From the NCBI GenBank assembly GCA_965218945.1, contig OZ244718.1, positions 3,005,700 to 3,069,699 on the forward strand: a stretch of 64,000 bases of DNA, read 5' to 3'. Below, piece by piece: positions 17,217-26,470 of this stretch. How positions within the stretch are numbered: the first letter of the stretch is position 1; every line of letters starts with the position of its first letter. The position numbers and the translations under genes are program-made. The DNA comes from Dehalococcoidia bacterium (GTDB taxonomy: Bacteria > Chloroflexota > Dehalococcoidia > Lucifugimonadales > UBA2985). The notes beneath the pieces are model-generated. The model had not been told where the DNA came from and searched no databases. It saw only the letters and a program-made list of their open reading frames with translations.

Positions 17217-19535
17217 CTATCCCGCGGCCTTCTCCTCCAGGGCTTCAAGGATAGCCCCGGGAGACATCGGCAGCCTGTCCATCCTGACCCCTATAGCGCC
17301 GTGGATGGCGTTGGCCATGGCGGCCAGGGGCGGGATGAGCACCGTCTCGCCCACGCCGCGTATCCCGAAGGGGTGGCGGGCGTTGGGCACCTCTATGATT
17401 TCGCAGTCGATCATGGGCAGGTCCAGGCTGGTGGGCATTCGATAGTCCAGGAAGCTGGAGTTGGCCATAGTGCCGTCCTCCGTCATGTAGTACTCCTCAT
17501 TGAGGGCCCAACCGATGCCCTGGAGCGCCCCGCCCTGCATCTGCCCCTCCACGTAGCTGGGGTGGGCCGCCTTGCCGGCGTCGATGAAGGTCGTGTAGCG
17601 AAGGATGTCCACCTTGCCCGTCTCCGGGTCCACCTCAACGTCCACAATGTGGCCGGCGAGCTGTGCGCCCACGCCGCCCTGCTTGTCCTGGCCGGAGCAG
17701 GTCACCGGGCCGCCGGTGTCCATCAGCTTGGCCGCAAGCTGCTTGAAGGTGAACCTGTCCTCCGTGTTCTTCTTGCAGATGAACTCGCCGTCCATGAAGT
17801 CCACGTCCTCCGGCTGAACCTCCCACAGCAGAGCTGCCCGGGCGCTCATCTGCCTGATGACCTCCTGGGCCGTATTGATGGCTGCGCGGCCGGTGTCGAA
17901 GGCGATCCGGCTGCCGCCGGTCCCGCCCGTCCATCCAACGGCGTCCGTGTCCACAACGATTGGATTCACGTCTTCTGCCGAGATGCCCAGCACCTCGGCG
18001 GCCTGCATTGCCACCGCAGTGCGGGTCCCGCCGATGTCGACTGAGCCTGTGAGGAGGTTGATGGTGCCGTTGGCGTTGACGTTGATTGTGGCTGAGGAGC
18101 CGCTTCCGCCGCCGTTCAGCCGGTAGCCCACGGCGACGCCGCGGCCGCGGTTGGGGCCTTCCAGAGGAGCGTTGTAGTGGGGATGGGCCTTCATCGCCTG
18201 CTCAACCTCCTCGCAGCCGAAGCGCAGGTGAGGCACGCCGCTGGGGGCCCTGTCGCCCTCATGGACGGAGTTCTTGATGCGGAACTCCAGGGGGTCCATT
18301 CCCAGCTTCTCGGCCAGCTCGTCGATGACCGGCTCCACCGCAAAGGCCGCCTGGGGTTGCCCGGGCGCGCGGTAGGCCGCCGTCTTCTGCTTGTTGACCA
18401 CAACGTCGTAGCCGTCCACCTGCAGGTTGTCTATCTTGTAGGGGCCCAGGCCGCTCATTGCGCCGCCGCCGACGGGCGAGCCGGGGAAAGCGCCGGACTC
18501 GAACGCCAGGTAAAGCTCGGCCGCCGTGATCTTTCCACTCTTGTCAGCGCCTATCTTGCAGCGCATGAAGCTGCCCGACGTGGGCCCTGTGCCCTCAAAG
18601 ACCTCCTTGCGGGTCATGGAGATCTTCACCGGATTTCCGGACTTCTTGGAGAGCAGCGCAACAACCGGGTCCAGGTAGGTGATGGTCTTGCCTCCGAAGC
18701 CTCCGCCAATCTCCATTGGAACCACCTTGATCATGGACGGTGGCAGGTCAAGTATCGCCGCCGTCGAGTCTCGTATGGTGAAGGATCCCTGGGTGCTGGT
18801 CCAGATGGTCAGGTGGCCGTCGGCAGACCAGTGACCCGTGGACGTGTGAGGCTCAATGTAGCCCTGATGAACGGGCTGGGTGGTAAACTCCCGCTCCACG
18901 ATGACGTCGGCCTCCTTGAAACCCTGCTCAAGGTCGCCCCGCTTGAACTGGATGTGTCCCGCCACGTTGCTCTTGACTCCCGTGTTCTCGCCCGGGCCGA
19001 ACCGCTCGACGCGGAACACGGTGGTCAGGCTGTCGTGGAGAAGGGGAGCGTCCTCTGCAAGGGAGTCCTTCACGTTCAGGATGGGCTTGAGCACCTCGTA
19101 CTCAACCTCGATAAGCTCAATGGCCTCCTCAGCGATGTGGGCGTCGGTGGCGGCCACGGCCGCAATTGCATGGCCCTTGTACATGGCCTTCTTGGTGGCC
19201 AGAATGTTCTCCGCCAGGAGCCTTACATTGCCCTGGGTCTCCGTGAAGTCCAGGACCCTGTTCTCAATCACCGGTAAGTCCTTGGACGTGAGCACGGCCT
19301 TCACGCCCGGCAGGGCTTCGGCCTTGCTGGTGTCTATTGACAGGATGTGGGCATGGGCGTGGGGGCTGCGGAGTATCTTGCCGTGCAGCATCCCGGGCAT
19401 ATTGATGTCGGCGCCGTACTTGGCGCGGCCCGTGACCTTGTCCAGAGCGTCGTGACGAATGGGCCTGCTGCCCACAACATTGAACTGGTCGGAACCAGAG
19501 CTCTCTCTACCGGCTGTAATAGTCATGGAGACCAC
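17217..19535 (-). CDS. xanthine dehydrogenase/CO dehydrogenase-family molybdopterin-binding large subunit
   Basis: 772 aa. N-terminal a/b-hammerhead signature (R.DALDKVTGRAKYGADI..PGMLHGKILRSPHAHA.I..ID). No adjacent FeS or FAD subunit genes in the window. Confidence 0.85.
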   Translation of the reverse strand: MVSMTITAGRESSGSDQFNVVGSRPIRHDALDKVTGRAKYGADINMPGMLHGKILRSPHAHAHILSIDTSKAEALPGVKAVLTSKDLPVIENRVLDFTETQGNVRLLAENILATKKAMYKGHAIAAVAATDAHIAEEAIELIEVEYEVLKPILNVKDSLAEDAPLLHDSLTTVFRVERFGPGENTGVKSNVAGHIQFKRGDLEQGFKEADVIVEREFTTQPVHQGYIEPHTSTGHWSADGHLTIWTSTQGSFTIRDSTAAILDLPPSMIKVVPMEIGGGFGGKTITYLDPVVALLSKKSGNPVKISMTRKEVFEGTGPTSGSFMRCKIGADKSGKITAAELYLAFESGAFPGSPVGGGAMSGLGPYKIDNLQVDGYDVVVNKQKTAAYRAPGQPQAAFAVEPVIDELAEKLGMDPLEFRIKNSVHEGDRAPSGVPHLRFGCEEVEQAMKAHPHYNAPLEGPNRGRGVAVGYRLNGGGSGSSATINVNANGTINLLTGSVDIGGTRTAVAMQAAEVLGISAEDVNPIVVDTDAVGWTGGTGGSRIAFDTGRAAINTAQEVIRQMSARAALLWEVQPEDVDFMDGEFICKKNTEDRFTFKQLAAKLMDTGGPVTCSGQDKQGGVGAQLAGHIVDVEVDPETGKVDILRYTTFIDAGKAAHPSYVEGQMQGGALQGIGWALNEEYYMTEDGTMANSSFLDYRMPTSLDLPMIDCEIIEVPNARHPFGIRGVGETVLIPPLAAMANAIHGAIGVRMDRLPMSPGAILEALEEKAAG

Positions 19536-19736
19536 CTCCTAGGCAAAAATTTCTGTCTCAGACCCGCGGGGATACCCCGCGCCTGATTTCAGCACCACCA
19601 GCCTATTATCTAAGCGCGCTCGTGTCAAGGATTGGAATTCTCCTGCCTCATACTACCTCTTATAACTTGGTAAATATTGCTTGACAGCTAGGGTCTATGA
19701 TAGTAGCCTTATGGGAGAAGAAAAGGAGGTATTTGC

Positions 19737-20810
19737 ATGAAGCCTATCTCTATGACAAGCCGACTATTAGCTGGGTCTCTAAGACGCCAGCTTTGGGTGC
19801 TAGCACTATTAACCATTGGCGTTCTCTTGCTGGCCGCCTGTTCCGGAGCCGAAGGGCCGCAGGGACCTGCTGGGCAGGATGGTGGGGTCGGGCAGACGGG
19901 TCCTCAGGGAGCCGTAGGACCGGCAGGATCTCAAGGGGATGCAGGCCCAGCGGGACCGGCGGGTAACCAGGGTCCACAGGGTCCACAGGGCGACAAGGGC
20001 GACCCGGGCGGACCCGTGGGACCGGAGGGACCGCAGGGAGCCCAGGGTGAACAGGGTAACACTGGTGAGCAGGGACCGCAGGGAGCCCAGGGTGACCGAG
20101 GATCTCAGGGTGAACCCGGCATACCAGGCGGACCTCCGGGACCGCTGGGACCCCAGGGGCCAGTTGGACCTCAGGGACCCATCGGAGCACGCGGCGTGAA
20201 GGGCGACACCGGCCCGCTGGGACCCCAGGGAATCCAGGGCAACCAGGGTGAACAGGGACCCCAGGGCGACTTGGGACCCCAGGGACCTCCGGGACCCCAG
20301 GGTGACCGAGGACCCCAGGGACCTCTGGGACCCCAGGGTGACCGAGGACCCCAGGGACCTCTGGGACCCCAGGGTGACCGAGGACCCCAGGGTGACATAG
20401 GACCCCAGGGCCCCACGGGACCCCAGGGTGAGCAGGGACCGTCAGGACAGCGCGGCGCTCCTGGACCGCAGGGCATAGCCGGACCTCACGGACCCCAGGG
20501 AAGGCCCGGAAACCCGGGTGTAAGTAACCTGCAGATAGTCAGATTGGATGGTGATTCTGACAGCGGGGACAAGACGGGACTCAAGGCGGCGGTCGTTCTC
20601 TGTGAGAAAGGCGGTGAGGACCTGTTCGCCATCGGCGGCGGATACAAGCTCGAAGGCTCAACCGATAACGTGAGCGTAACGGTATCTCGCCCGGACGGGC
20701 TGGCCGGTGAAGTGCCCGCCGGGTGGAGAGTGGAAGCCGTGGAGACCGGCCCAGGGCAGACGGGCAGCTGGTCCATCACTGCCTATGCGGTGTGCGCCAA
20801 CGTCAACTAG
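19737..20810 (+). CDS. collagen-like (Gly-X-Y) repeat lipoprotein with globular C-terminal domain
   Basis: Signal peptide with lipobox LLAAC. About 230 aa of uninterrupted GXY triplets. About 95-aa non-repetitive C-terminus. Strong AAAGGAGG RBS. Confidence 0.85.
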   Translation: MKPISMTSRLLAGSLRRQLWVLALLTIGVLLLAACSGAEGPQGPAGQDGGVGQTGPQGAVGPAGSQGDAGPAGPAGNQGPQGPQGDKGDPGGPVGPEGPQGAQGEQGNTGEQGPQGAQGDRGSQGEPGIPGGPPGPLGPQGPVGPQGPIGARGVKGDTGPLGPQGIQGNQGEQGPQGDLGPQGPPGPQGDRGPQGPLGPQGDRGPQGPLGPQGDRGPQGDIGPQGPTGPQGEQGPSGQRGAPGPQGIAGPHGPQGRPGNPGVSNLQIVRLDGDSDSGDKTGLKAAVVLCEKGGEDLFAIGGGYKLEGSTDNVSVTVSRPDGLAGEVPAGWRVEAVETGPGQTGSWSITAYAVCANVN

Positions 20811-20852
20811 AGACGAGTAGGGCGCAGGCGGTGACTAACCGCAGAAGACGAA

Positions 20853-20891
20853 GAGGGGGGCAGGCGCTAGCCTGCCCCCCTCTCTATTTTT
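20853..20891 (+). terminator. rho-independent terminator of the collagen-like gene
   Basis: Perfect 13-bp GC-rich stem (GAGGGGGGCAGGC / GCCTGCCCCCCTC), a 4-nt loop, then TCTATTTTT. Confidence 0.75.
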
Positions 20892-20952
20892 GGCCTGTCC
20901 CCTCATTAAGTGGGGGGCAAGCGGCCAAGGGCATGACGCATCAACCGTCGCT

Positions 20953-21166
20953 CCCGTGAAAAGAGACCTTTGCATAACTCTGGTATCTTCCCCAAAGATG
21001 CGCGTTTCACTGTCATTCTGAGCGGAGCGCAGCGGAGTGAAGAATCCAAAGCCTTTGCCTGCAAAGCTACGTTGTCCTGAATGTAACGCCTTGGAGTCCC
21101 GTTTTCACGGGAATGACGGGAGTATGGGGCTGCGGCACAAGTTACGCAAAGGTCTCTGAAAACGGG
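20953..21166. repeat. MITE-like element with ~27-nt imperfect terminal inverted repeats
   Basis: CCCGTGAAAAGAGACCTTTGCATAACT (20953-20979) pairs with AGTTACGCAAAGGTCTCTGAAAACGGG (21140-21166). Inside is a TGTCATTCTGAG...GAAGAATCC motif shared with the 22.5-23.0 kb repeats. Small ...AATGAC hairpins follow up to 21260. Confidence 0.5.
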
Positions 21167-21265
21167 AGCCCACGCCTCCACCTTCCCCCTGGATTCCTGC
21201 CTCCGCAGGAATGACGAATCTCCCCTACTGGATACCCGTTGACACGGGCATGACGAAACCGCGGC

Positions 21266-21820
21266 CTACTGCAGCGCCTTCTGATTCTCTATTTCGGCCC
21301 GCAGCGCCTCCGCGTCAAACCCCAATCCTATCGCCTGATCAACGTCCTGTTGGGCAGCCGCGTCGTCTCCGAGGCGGGTGTAAGCCTTGGCCCTGTTGAC
21401 GTAGAACTCGCCTACCTGCGGCAAGCGGTCGATGGCTTCGGTGTAGTCGTCAATGGCAAGCTGGTATTCGCCCAGCAGGAAGTAGGTGATTCCCCTGGTG
21501 TTGTACGCGCCCACGTGCCCCGAATCGAACCGTATTGCCTCGCTCAGGTCCTGGAGCGCCCGCTCGTACTCACCCAGCCTGCCGTAGGAGCCGCCCCTGC
21601 GAAAGTAGTAGTCGGCATCGACGGGATTGATCTCAAGCGCCTGGTCGTACTGCGCTATCGCCTCCTCGACCTGCCCCTGTTTCTCCAGCTCCACGCCCGC
21701 GTTGAAGTGCGTCTCCGCCCTCTCCGCAGCGCCTTCGCAGGCCGAGGACGCCAGGGCGGCAACCACCAGCGCGGCCGCGGCCAGCAGAGTCGGTTTCACT
21801 ATGCGGGGAATCCTGAACAC
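21266..21820 (-). CDS. TPR-repeat (lipo)protein
   Basis: Four or five TPR units (A...Y..AL...P....YY.RG..Y..LG.Y..A). Hydrophobic signal ending SSAC. GTG start chosen at 21820. The longer track ORF (to 22129) is a low-complexity extension. Confidence 0.65.
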   Translation of the reverse strand: MFRIPRIVKPTLLAAAALVVAALASSACEGAAERAETHFNAGVELEKQGQVEEAIAQYDQALEINPVDADYYFRRGGSYGRLGEYERALQDLSEAIRFDSGHVGAYNTRGITYFLLGEYQLAIDDYTEAIDRLPQVGEFYVNRAKAYTRLGDDAAAQQDVDQAIGLGFDAEALRAEIENQKALQ

Positions 21821-21958
21821 CCCGGAATTGTACCACCGCAGCGGCCTCCCGCGCCCCCTCGACACGCAAGAGTCGGTGGGGTAGACTGGCGCAAAGAACG
21901 GCAGGATGGAGCGTATGGGCACAGAGCGCCCGGCGCCGCGTTCCTGAAGGGAGGCCCC

Positions 21959-22477
21959 ATGTTCGATGTAAAGGACCGACGCGACCTCGTTGAGAAGCTG
22001 GAGGAGAACCGGCAGGCCCTGCTGGAGGTCGTCGCCACCCTGGACGAGAAGCAAGCCGAGACTCCGCAGAAGGCCGGGGACCGGTCCCCCAAGGGTCAGC
22101 TGCTGCACCTGGCGGAGGCGGAGCACCACTACGTGTGGGAGTGGGCGCGCCGCTCACGGGACGAGGACTCCCCAGACCTGGCAGGGCTCCCGGACCCGGG
22201 CGCAACCGGAGAGGCTCCGCTATTCGATCACGCCAACGAAATCCCCTTGGCCCAGCTGCTGGAGCGAATGGAGCAGGAGCGCCAACTGACGGTCCGGTTC
22301 ATCGCCGAGACAGCGGACTCGGAGATGGAGCGCGCGGGACGCAATACTCCCTTTGGGGAGCTGAGTGTCCACCAGTTCCTGAAGTCCCTGTACAGGCACG
22401 ACCGGATGCACCAGGACGAGGTGCTGGGGCGGGAGTCCACCTACGTGGTGACCACCCAGGAGGGACGGCGGCTGTAG
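21959..22477 (+). CDS. DinB-family protein
   Basis: 172 aa after a GAAGGGAGG RBS. Four-helix DinB-like pattern (HL...E..Y ... SLYRHDRMHQDE). The track ORF 21350..22477 is a chimera whose 5' part is antisense to the TPR gene. Confidence 0.65.
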   Translation: MFDVKDRRDLVEKLEENRQALLEVVATLDEKQAETPQKAGDRSPKGQLLHLAEAEHHYVWEWARRSRDEDSPDLAGLPDPGATGEAPLFDHANEIPLAQLLERMEQERQLTVRFIAETADSEMERAGRNTPFGELSVHQFLKSLYRHDRMHQDEVLGRESTYVVTTQEGRRL

Positions 22478-22541
22478 ACGGAGGGGTAAGGGGCCGGTAA
22501 TCTGTTATGCCCGTGTCGAAGGGCATCCAGGGGAGCGCGTC

Positions 22542-23010
22542 TGTCATTCTGAGGAGTGAAGCGACGAAGAATCCCAGGCCGTTGCGCGACTGCTGCGTTT
22601 GCATCCTGACAGACGAGGCCCACAGTCGGCACGTGGAATCAGGGAGTCGTATGTGTGTAGACCTGAGCGCTGAGTGGTCGGAGGCTCTGGATTCTTCACT
22701 GCGTTCAGAATGACAGGCGCGCGCGGCGTCTGTCATTCTGAGGAGTAAAGCGACGAAGAATCCCAGGCTGTCCTTGAACGCTGCGGTTGCATCCTGCCAA
22801 ACGAAACTCACAATCTGCACATGGAATCGGAGAGTCGTATGTGTGTAGACCTGAGCGCTGAGTGGTCGGAGGCTCTGGATTCTTCACTGCGTTCAGAATG
22901 ACAGGAGGGCGAGCGGCGACTGTCATTCTGAGGAGTGAAGCGACGAAGAATCCCAGGCCGTTGCGCGACTGCTGCGTTTGCATTCTGACAAACGAGGCCC
23001 ACAGGCTGGC
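22542..23010. repeat. tandem array (2.5 copies) of a ~174-bp MITE-like unit bounded by inverted TGTCATTCTGA...GAAGAATCC arms
   Basis: Units at 22542-22715, 22731-22903 and 22921-~23010 (truncated). The right halves of units 1 and 2 are identical. The left halves of units 1 and 3 are near-identical. Confidence 0.7.
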
Positions 23011-23039
23011 TGCACGGGAGCGGCGGTTATGCGCCGAGC

Positions 23040-24167
23040 CTACAGCGCGGCGGCTATCCTGTCCCAGTGGAACCGGGCATCCCCGAAGAGGGCCTGGTTA
23101 ACCTTGGCCTTCTTGTGGTACAGGTGGATGTCCATCTCTTTGGTGAAGGATATTCCCCCGTGGCACTGGTGCGCCAGGTATGTGACCCTGCCGTAGGCGT
23201 CGCTGATCCAAGCCTTGGCCTTCGAGACCTCCGGGGCGGAGAAATCTCCCTGGGACACAAGCCCGGCGGCCTGGTAGGTGAGGTATCGTGAGGTGTCGAT
23301 GTCTGTGAGCATATTGGCGCAGTGGTGCTGGATGGCCTGGAAGCTGCCGATGGACCGACCAAAGGCGGGACGGGCGTTGACGTAGCTCACCGCGAGCTCC
23401 ATAGCGGCTTGAGCGCCGCCCACGGACTCCGCGCACTTGCCAATAGCGCCCCACACTATGAGCTTCTCCACCAGGGGCCACCCCCCGTCGAGGGGGCCCA
23501 GCAGGTTGTCGGCAGACACCTGAACGTTGTCGAACACCACCTCAGCCTGCTTGTCGATTCCCATCACCCTCAGCGGGGTGACGGTGACGCCGGGGGTGTC
23601 GGCGTCCACTATGAGGAGCGAAACGCCGTCCCTGGGATCGGGGTTGTCGGAGGAGCGTGCTGCAACGATGAACGAGCCGGCGGCCTGGCCGTCGGACACG
23701 AACATCTTGACGCCGTTGATCGCGTAGCCGTCGCCGGACGGGGCGCATCGAACTGCGATGTCGCCGGCCTCATACTGTCCACTTGCCTCCGTCAGCGCCA
23801 GTGCCATGATGAGCTCACCCATCGCAATCCGTTCCAAGTATGCGTCCTTCTGCTTGTCCGTGCCGGCGTCCAGAATGGCCTGTCCGCACAGCACTACGGT
23901 GGAGAAGTAGGGGCCTGGGAGAATGGCCCGCCCCATCTCCTCCAGCAGCATTGCCATGTCCAGAAAGCTGAACTCAGCGCCCCCGTACTGCTCCGGGAAG
24001 GTGAGTCCCAGCCAGCCCAACTCGGCCATCTTCTGCCAAAGCTCGGGCGAGTATCCCTTTTCGTCGGTCTCCATTGCCCGCACCAGGGACTTGGGGCATT
24101 CGGCCTCCAGGAACTCCCTGGCCAGTGGGCTGAGCATCTGCTGCTCTTCTGAAAAGGCTAGATCCAT
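23040..24167 (-). CDS. acyl-CoA dehydrogenase
   Basis: 375 aa with the ACAD N/M/C domain pattern (LAELGWLG ... TE...GSD ... G.QCHGG.G). Confidence 0.9.
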   Translation of the reverse strand: MDLAFSEEQQMLSPLAREFLEAECPKSLVRAMETDEKGYSPELWQKMAELGWLGLTFPEQYGGAEFSFLDMAMLLEEMGRAILPGPYFSTVVLCGQAILDAGTDKQKDAYLERIAMGELIMALALTEASGQYEAGDIAVRCAPSGDGYAINGVKMFVSDGQAAGSFIVAARSSDNPDPRDGVSLLIVDADTPGVTVTPLRVMGIDKQAEVVFDNVQVSADNLLGPLDGGWPLVEKLIVWGAIGKCAESVGGAQAAMELAVSYVNARPAFGRSIGSFQAIQHHCANMLTDIDTSRYLTYQAAGLVSQGDFSAPEVSKAKAWISDAYGRVTYLAHQCHGGISFTKEMDIHLYHKKAKVNQALFGDARFHWDRIAAAL

Positions 24168-24194
24168 ATGACTATCCCTCTTCCGTTTCGCTCT

Positions 24195-25382
24195 CTACTC
24201 CCGGGGCATCCCCAAGCCCCGCTGGGCAATGATGGTGCGTTGCATCTCCGACGTGCCCAGATGGAGGGTGGCTGCCACGGAGCTTACGAAGGCCTCCCCC
24301 AGTCTGCCCATAAGTGGAGCGGCCCTGGAGCCCGGCTCCAGGGAGCCGTAGAGGCCCAGGACCTGTGTAGCGTCGGCGGTGAACTGCCGCCACATCTCGC
24401 TGCTCAGGAGCCTGCTCATGGACGCCTCATGGCTGGAGTCCAGGCCCTCCTTCTGAAGCCAGGCCACCCGGTACGCGGCCACGCGGCAGGCCTCGATGCC
24501 CATCGCCATCTCACCCAGCTTGCTTTGCACGTGGGGTAGGTCGAAGAGGGTCTTGTCGCCGCTCGCAGTTTCCCTGGTATAGGCTGCGAGGTCGTCCAGG
24601 AGGGCGCGGGCGCGGCCGACCATCTCTATGCCGACGCGCTGCCGGTTCAGAATGCTCACGGCTACATACCATCCCATGCCGCGCTCTCCGACCATGCACT
24701 CCGCGGGCACCTCAAGGTCGTCGAAGAACACCTCGTTCAGCATCCCGCTCCTGCCATCCACCTCGTCCAGGGCGCGGAGAGTGATCTTGGGGGAGTTCAT
24801 ATCTATCACAAAGCAGCTTACGTCACGGTGTCTGGGAGCGTCCGGGTTGGTGCGGGCCAGTATGTGGATCCAGTCCGCTCTGGCCGCGCCGCCCACGTAG
24901 TCCTTCTGGCCGCTGACGATGTAGTGGTCGCCGTCCTGGACGGCCGTGGTGCGGACGGAGGCCAGGTCAGAGCCTCCACCCGGCTCAGTGTACCCCTGGC
25001 ACCAGAAAGTGTCTGCGCTGGCAATGGACGGCAGGTGGCTGCTCTTCAGCTGCTCCGACCCATGCTCGATAATGGCCGGGCCAATCAGGTTCGGGCCGTC
25101 GTCAAAGGAGATGGACTCCGGGACGCCCCAGTAGGCCATCTCCTCCCGGAAGAGCATGTGAAGGACGGGTGAGCAGTCCTGGCCGCCGTGCTCCGAGGGC
25201 CAGTGCATCGTAGTCCAGCCCCTCTGGGCCACCTTCCTGCGCGCCTCCAGCACCGCGGGCCAGAGGTCGTCCTTGTAAACGACTCTGTCCTGCCAGCGTA
25301 TCTCCGGGGGGATCTCGGCGAGGATGAACTCGCGGACCTCGTCCCGGAAGGCTGATTCCTCGGCGCTAAGGCGAAAATCCAC
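24195..25382 (-). CDS. acyl-CoA dehydrogenase
   Basis: 395 aa with ACAD motifs (YTEPGGGSDLAS ... ). Adjacent to and co-directional with the 23040..24167 paralogue. Confidence 0.9.
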   Translation of the reverse strand: MDFRLSAEESAFRDEVREFILAEIPPEIRWQDRVVYKDDLWPAVLEARRKVAQRGWTTMHWPSEHGGQDCSPVLHMLFREEMAYWGVPESISFDDGPNLIGPAIIEHGSEQLKSSHLPSIASADTFWCQGYTEPGGGSDLASVRTTAVQDGDHYIVSGQKDYVGGAARADWIHILARTNPDAPRHRDVSCFVIDMNSPKITLRALDEVDGRSGMLNEVFFDDLEVPAECMVGERGMGWYVAVSILNRQRVGIEMVGRARALLDDLAAYTRETASGDKTLFDLPHVQSKLGEMAMGIEACRVAAYRVAWLQKEGLDSSHEASMSRLLSSEMWRQFTADATQVLGLYGSLEPGSRAAPLMGRLGEAFVSSVAATLHLGTSEMQRTIIAQRGLGMPRE

Positions 25383-25432
25383 TCAGGTTACTCCTTTGGA
25401 GTTGGGTGTCGGCTCACGAAGGCCGGCTTGGG

Positions 25433-26026
25433 CTAGGGCCTCCACCATGTGTTGCGGTCCGACAGGGAGATCTCCATCACTACCACATCCTGGTAGCCTC
25501 CGTAGTAATCCATGATGCGGGCCGGAAGGGTGGCCACCCTCTCGAATCCCATGCGCTCGGCGAAGCTGATGGCGGCTTCCTCTCGGCGTGGCACCAGGTC
25601 TAAGTACACCTTGTACAGGTTCAGCTCCTTGGCTATGTCCAAGAGCTCTCTGATGACGTGGGCTCCCAGTCCCCTCTGCCTGAATCTCGGGTCTACAACT
25701 ATCCTCAACTCTCCGATGTGTCGCCGGGAGAAGGCGCGGGTCCGGTGGAGTGTAGCATCGGAGACGATCTCGCCGTCCACAATAGCCTCAATGGCGATAA
25801 CGCGCTCGTGGTTTATGTTGTGGGTCCACTCCCGGGTCACGTCGACATCAGTAACTTCGTCCTTCAGGTAGTAGAGGTCCTCCTCAGGTATTCGACTGAA
25901 GAAGTCGTGCAGCGCCTGGTGGTCACTCTCTACCAGAGGCCTCAGTTCGACCTCAGTGCCGTCGTCAAGGTTGAACTTCTTTGGAAATCCCTCAAAAGCG
26001 GGTACGTTCCTGGATTGTGCTGCCAT
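25433..26026 (-). CDS. GNAT-family N-acetyltransferase
   Basis: Acetyl-CoA binding motif A (RIVVDPRFRQRGLGAHVIREL). Confidence 0.8.
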   Translation of the reverse strand: MAAQSRNVPAFEGFPKKFNLDDGTEVELRPLVESDHQALHDFFSRIPEEDLYYLKDEVTDVDVTREWTHNINHERVIAIEAIVDGEIVSDATLHRTRAFSRRHIGELRIVVDPRFRQRGLGAHVIRELLDIAKELNLYKVYLDLVPRREEAAISFAERMGFERVATLPARIMDYYGGYQDVVVMEISLSDRNTWWRP

Positions 26027-26164
26027 AATCCTCTCCTTTACAATACTGTTTTCTTTCGATTACTCTCGCGCCGCTCAAAGGCGCTAACCTTTAGACCTAA
26101 AAACCCCAACGGGGATTCTAATACACTGCGGGTCGAGAAGATAGCCTTCTTAACGATTCCCTGT

Positions 26165-26470
26165 TTAGTGCTCTCCCTCTATAATCCAGATGGTGGTCTC
26201 CTGCGGCTCCAGTAGCAACTCCCCAATCTCGCTCAGCACAGACATCCTCTCCGGGTTGTTGTCGTAGGCCCTCCATGCGCCGAGGCTTATCCAGGTGCTT
26301 ATCACCAGACAAGCGCCGGGCTGGTCCACCGAGAAGAGGGTCTCGCCGGAGATGTAGCCCGGACTTCTGAGGGCCAGCCTGCGCAAATCTCTCAGCTTCT
26401 CCTGCAGAGCGGAGCGGTCTTCGTCCCTCACCACGCGCTTCATCAAGACTCTGACGGTCATGGCGGGCAC
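26165..26470 (-). CDS. antibiotic-biosynthesis-monooxygenase (ABM)-like small protein
   Basis: 101 aa with a ferredoxin-like ABM pattern (... GYISGETL ... ISTW.S..AW.A). Confidence 0.55.
   Translation of the reverse strand: MPAMTVRVLMKRVVRDEDRSALQEKLRDLRRLALRSPGYISGETLFSVDQPGACLVISTWISLGAWRAYDNNPERMSVLSEIGELLLEPQETTIWIIEGEH

Noticed and set aside
17136-19277. 302-aa and 366-aa plus-strand ORFs (17136..18044 and 18177..19277)
   Set aside because: They are antisense to the 772-aa molybdopterin-binding subunit gene, which has clear family motifs.
20171-20476. Minus-strand ORF with repeated GPRSPWGP, and other ORFs overlapping the collagen-like gene
   Set aside because: These are mirror-frame translations of the GGN-CCN-rich collagen repeat. 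The plus-strand frame has a signal peptide, an RBS and a terminator.
21350-21958. 5' two-thirds of track ORF 21350..22477
   Set aside because: This part is antisense to the TPR gene. Only the segment from the ATG at 21959, which has a good RBS, looks like a real DinB-family protein.
22299-23002. ORFs 22299..22820(-), 22441..22632(-), 22507..22713(+), 22705..22983(-), 22808..23002(-) and 22862..23101(+), encoding ...HSERSEESRASDH... or ...ILRSEATKNPRP... peptides
   Set aside because: They read through the tandem MITE-like repeats in both directions. The repeated peptides are a by-product of the inverted-repeat DNA.
22542-23010. Possible CRISPR array (regularly spaced repeats)
   Set aside because: The period is about 190 bp. 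The sequence between the conserved arms is itself repeated between units. The arms are inverted copies of each other, and no cas genes are nearby. This is a MITE-like tandem array, not repeat-spacer architecture.
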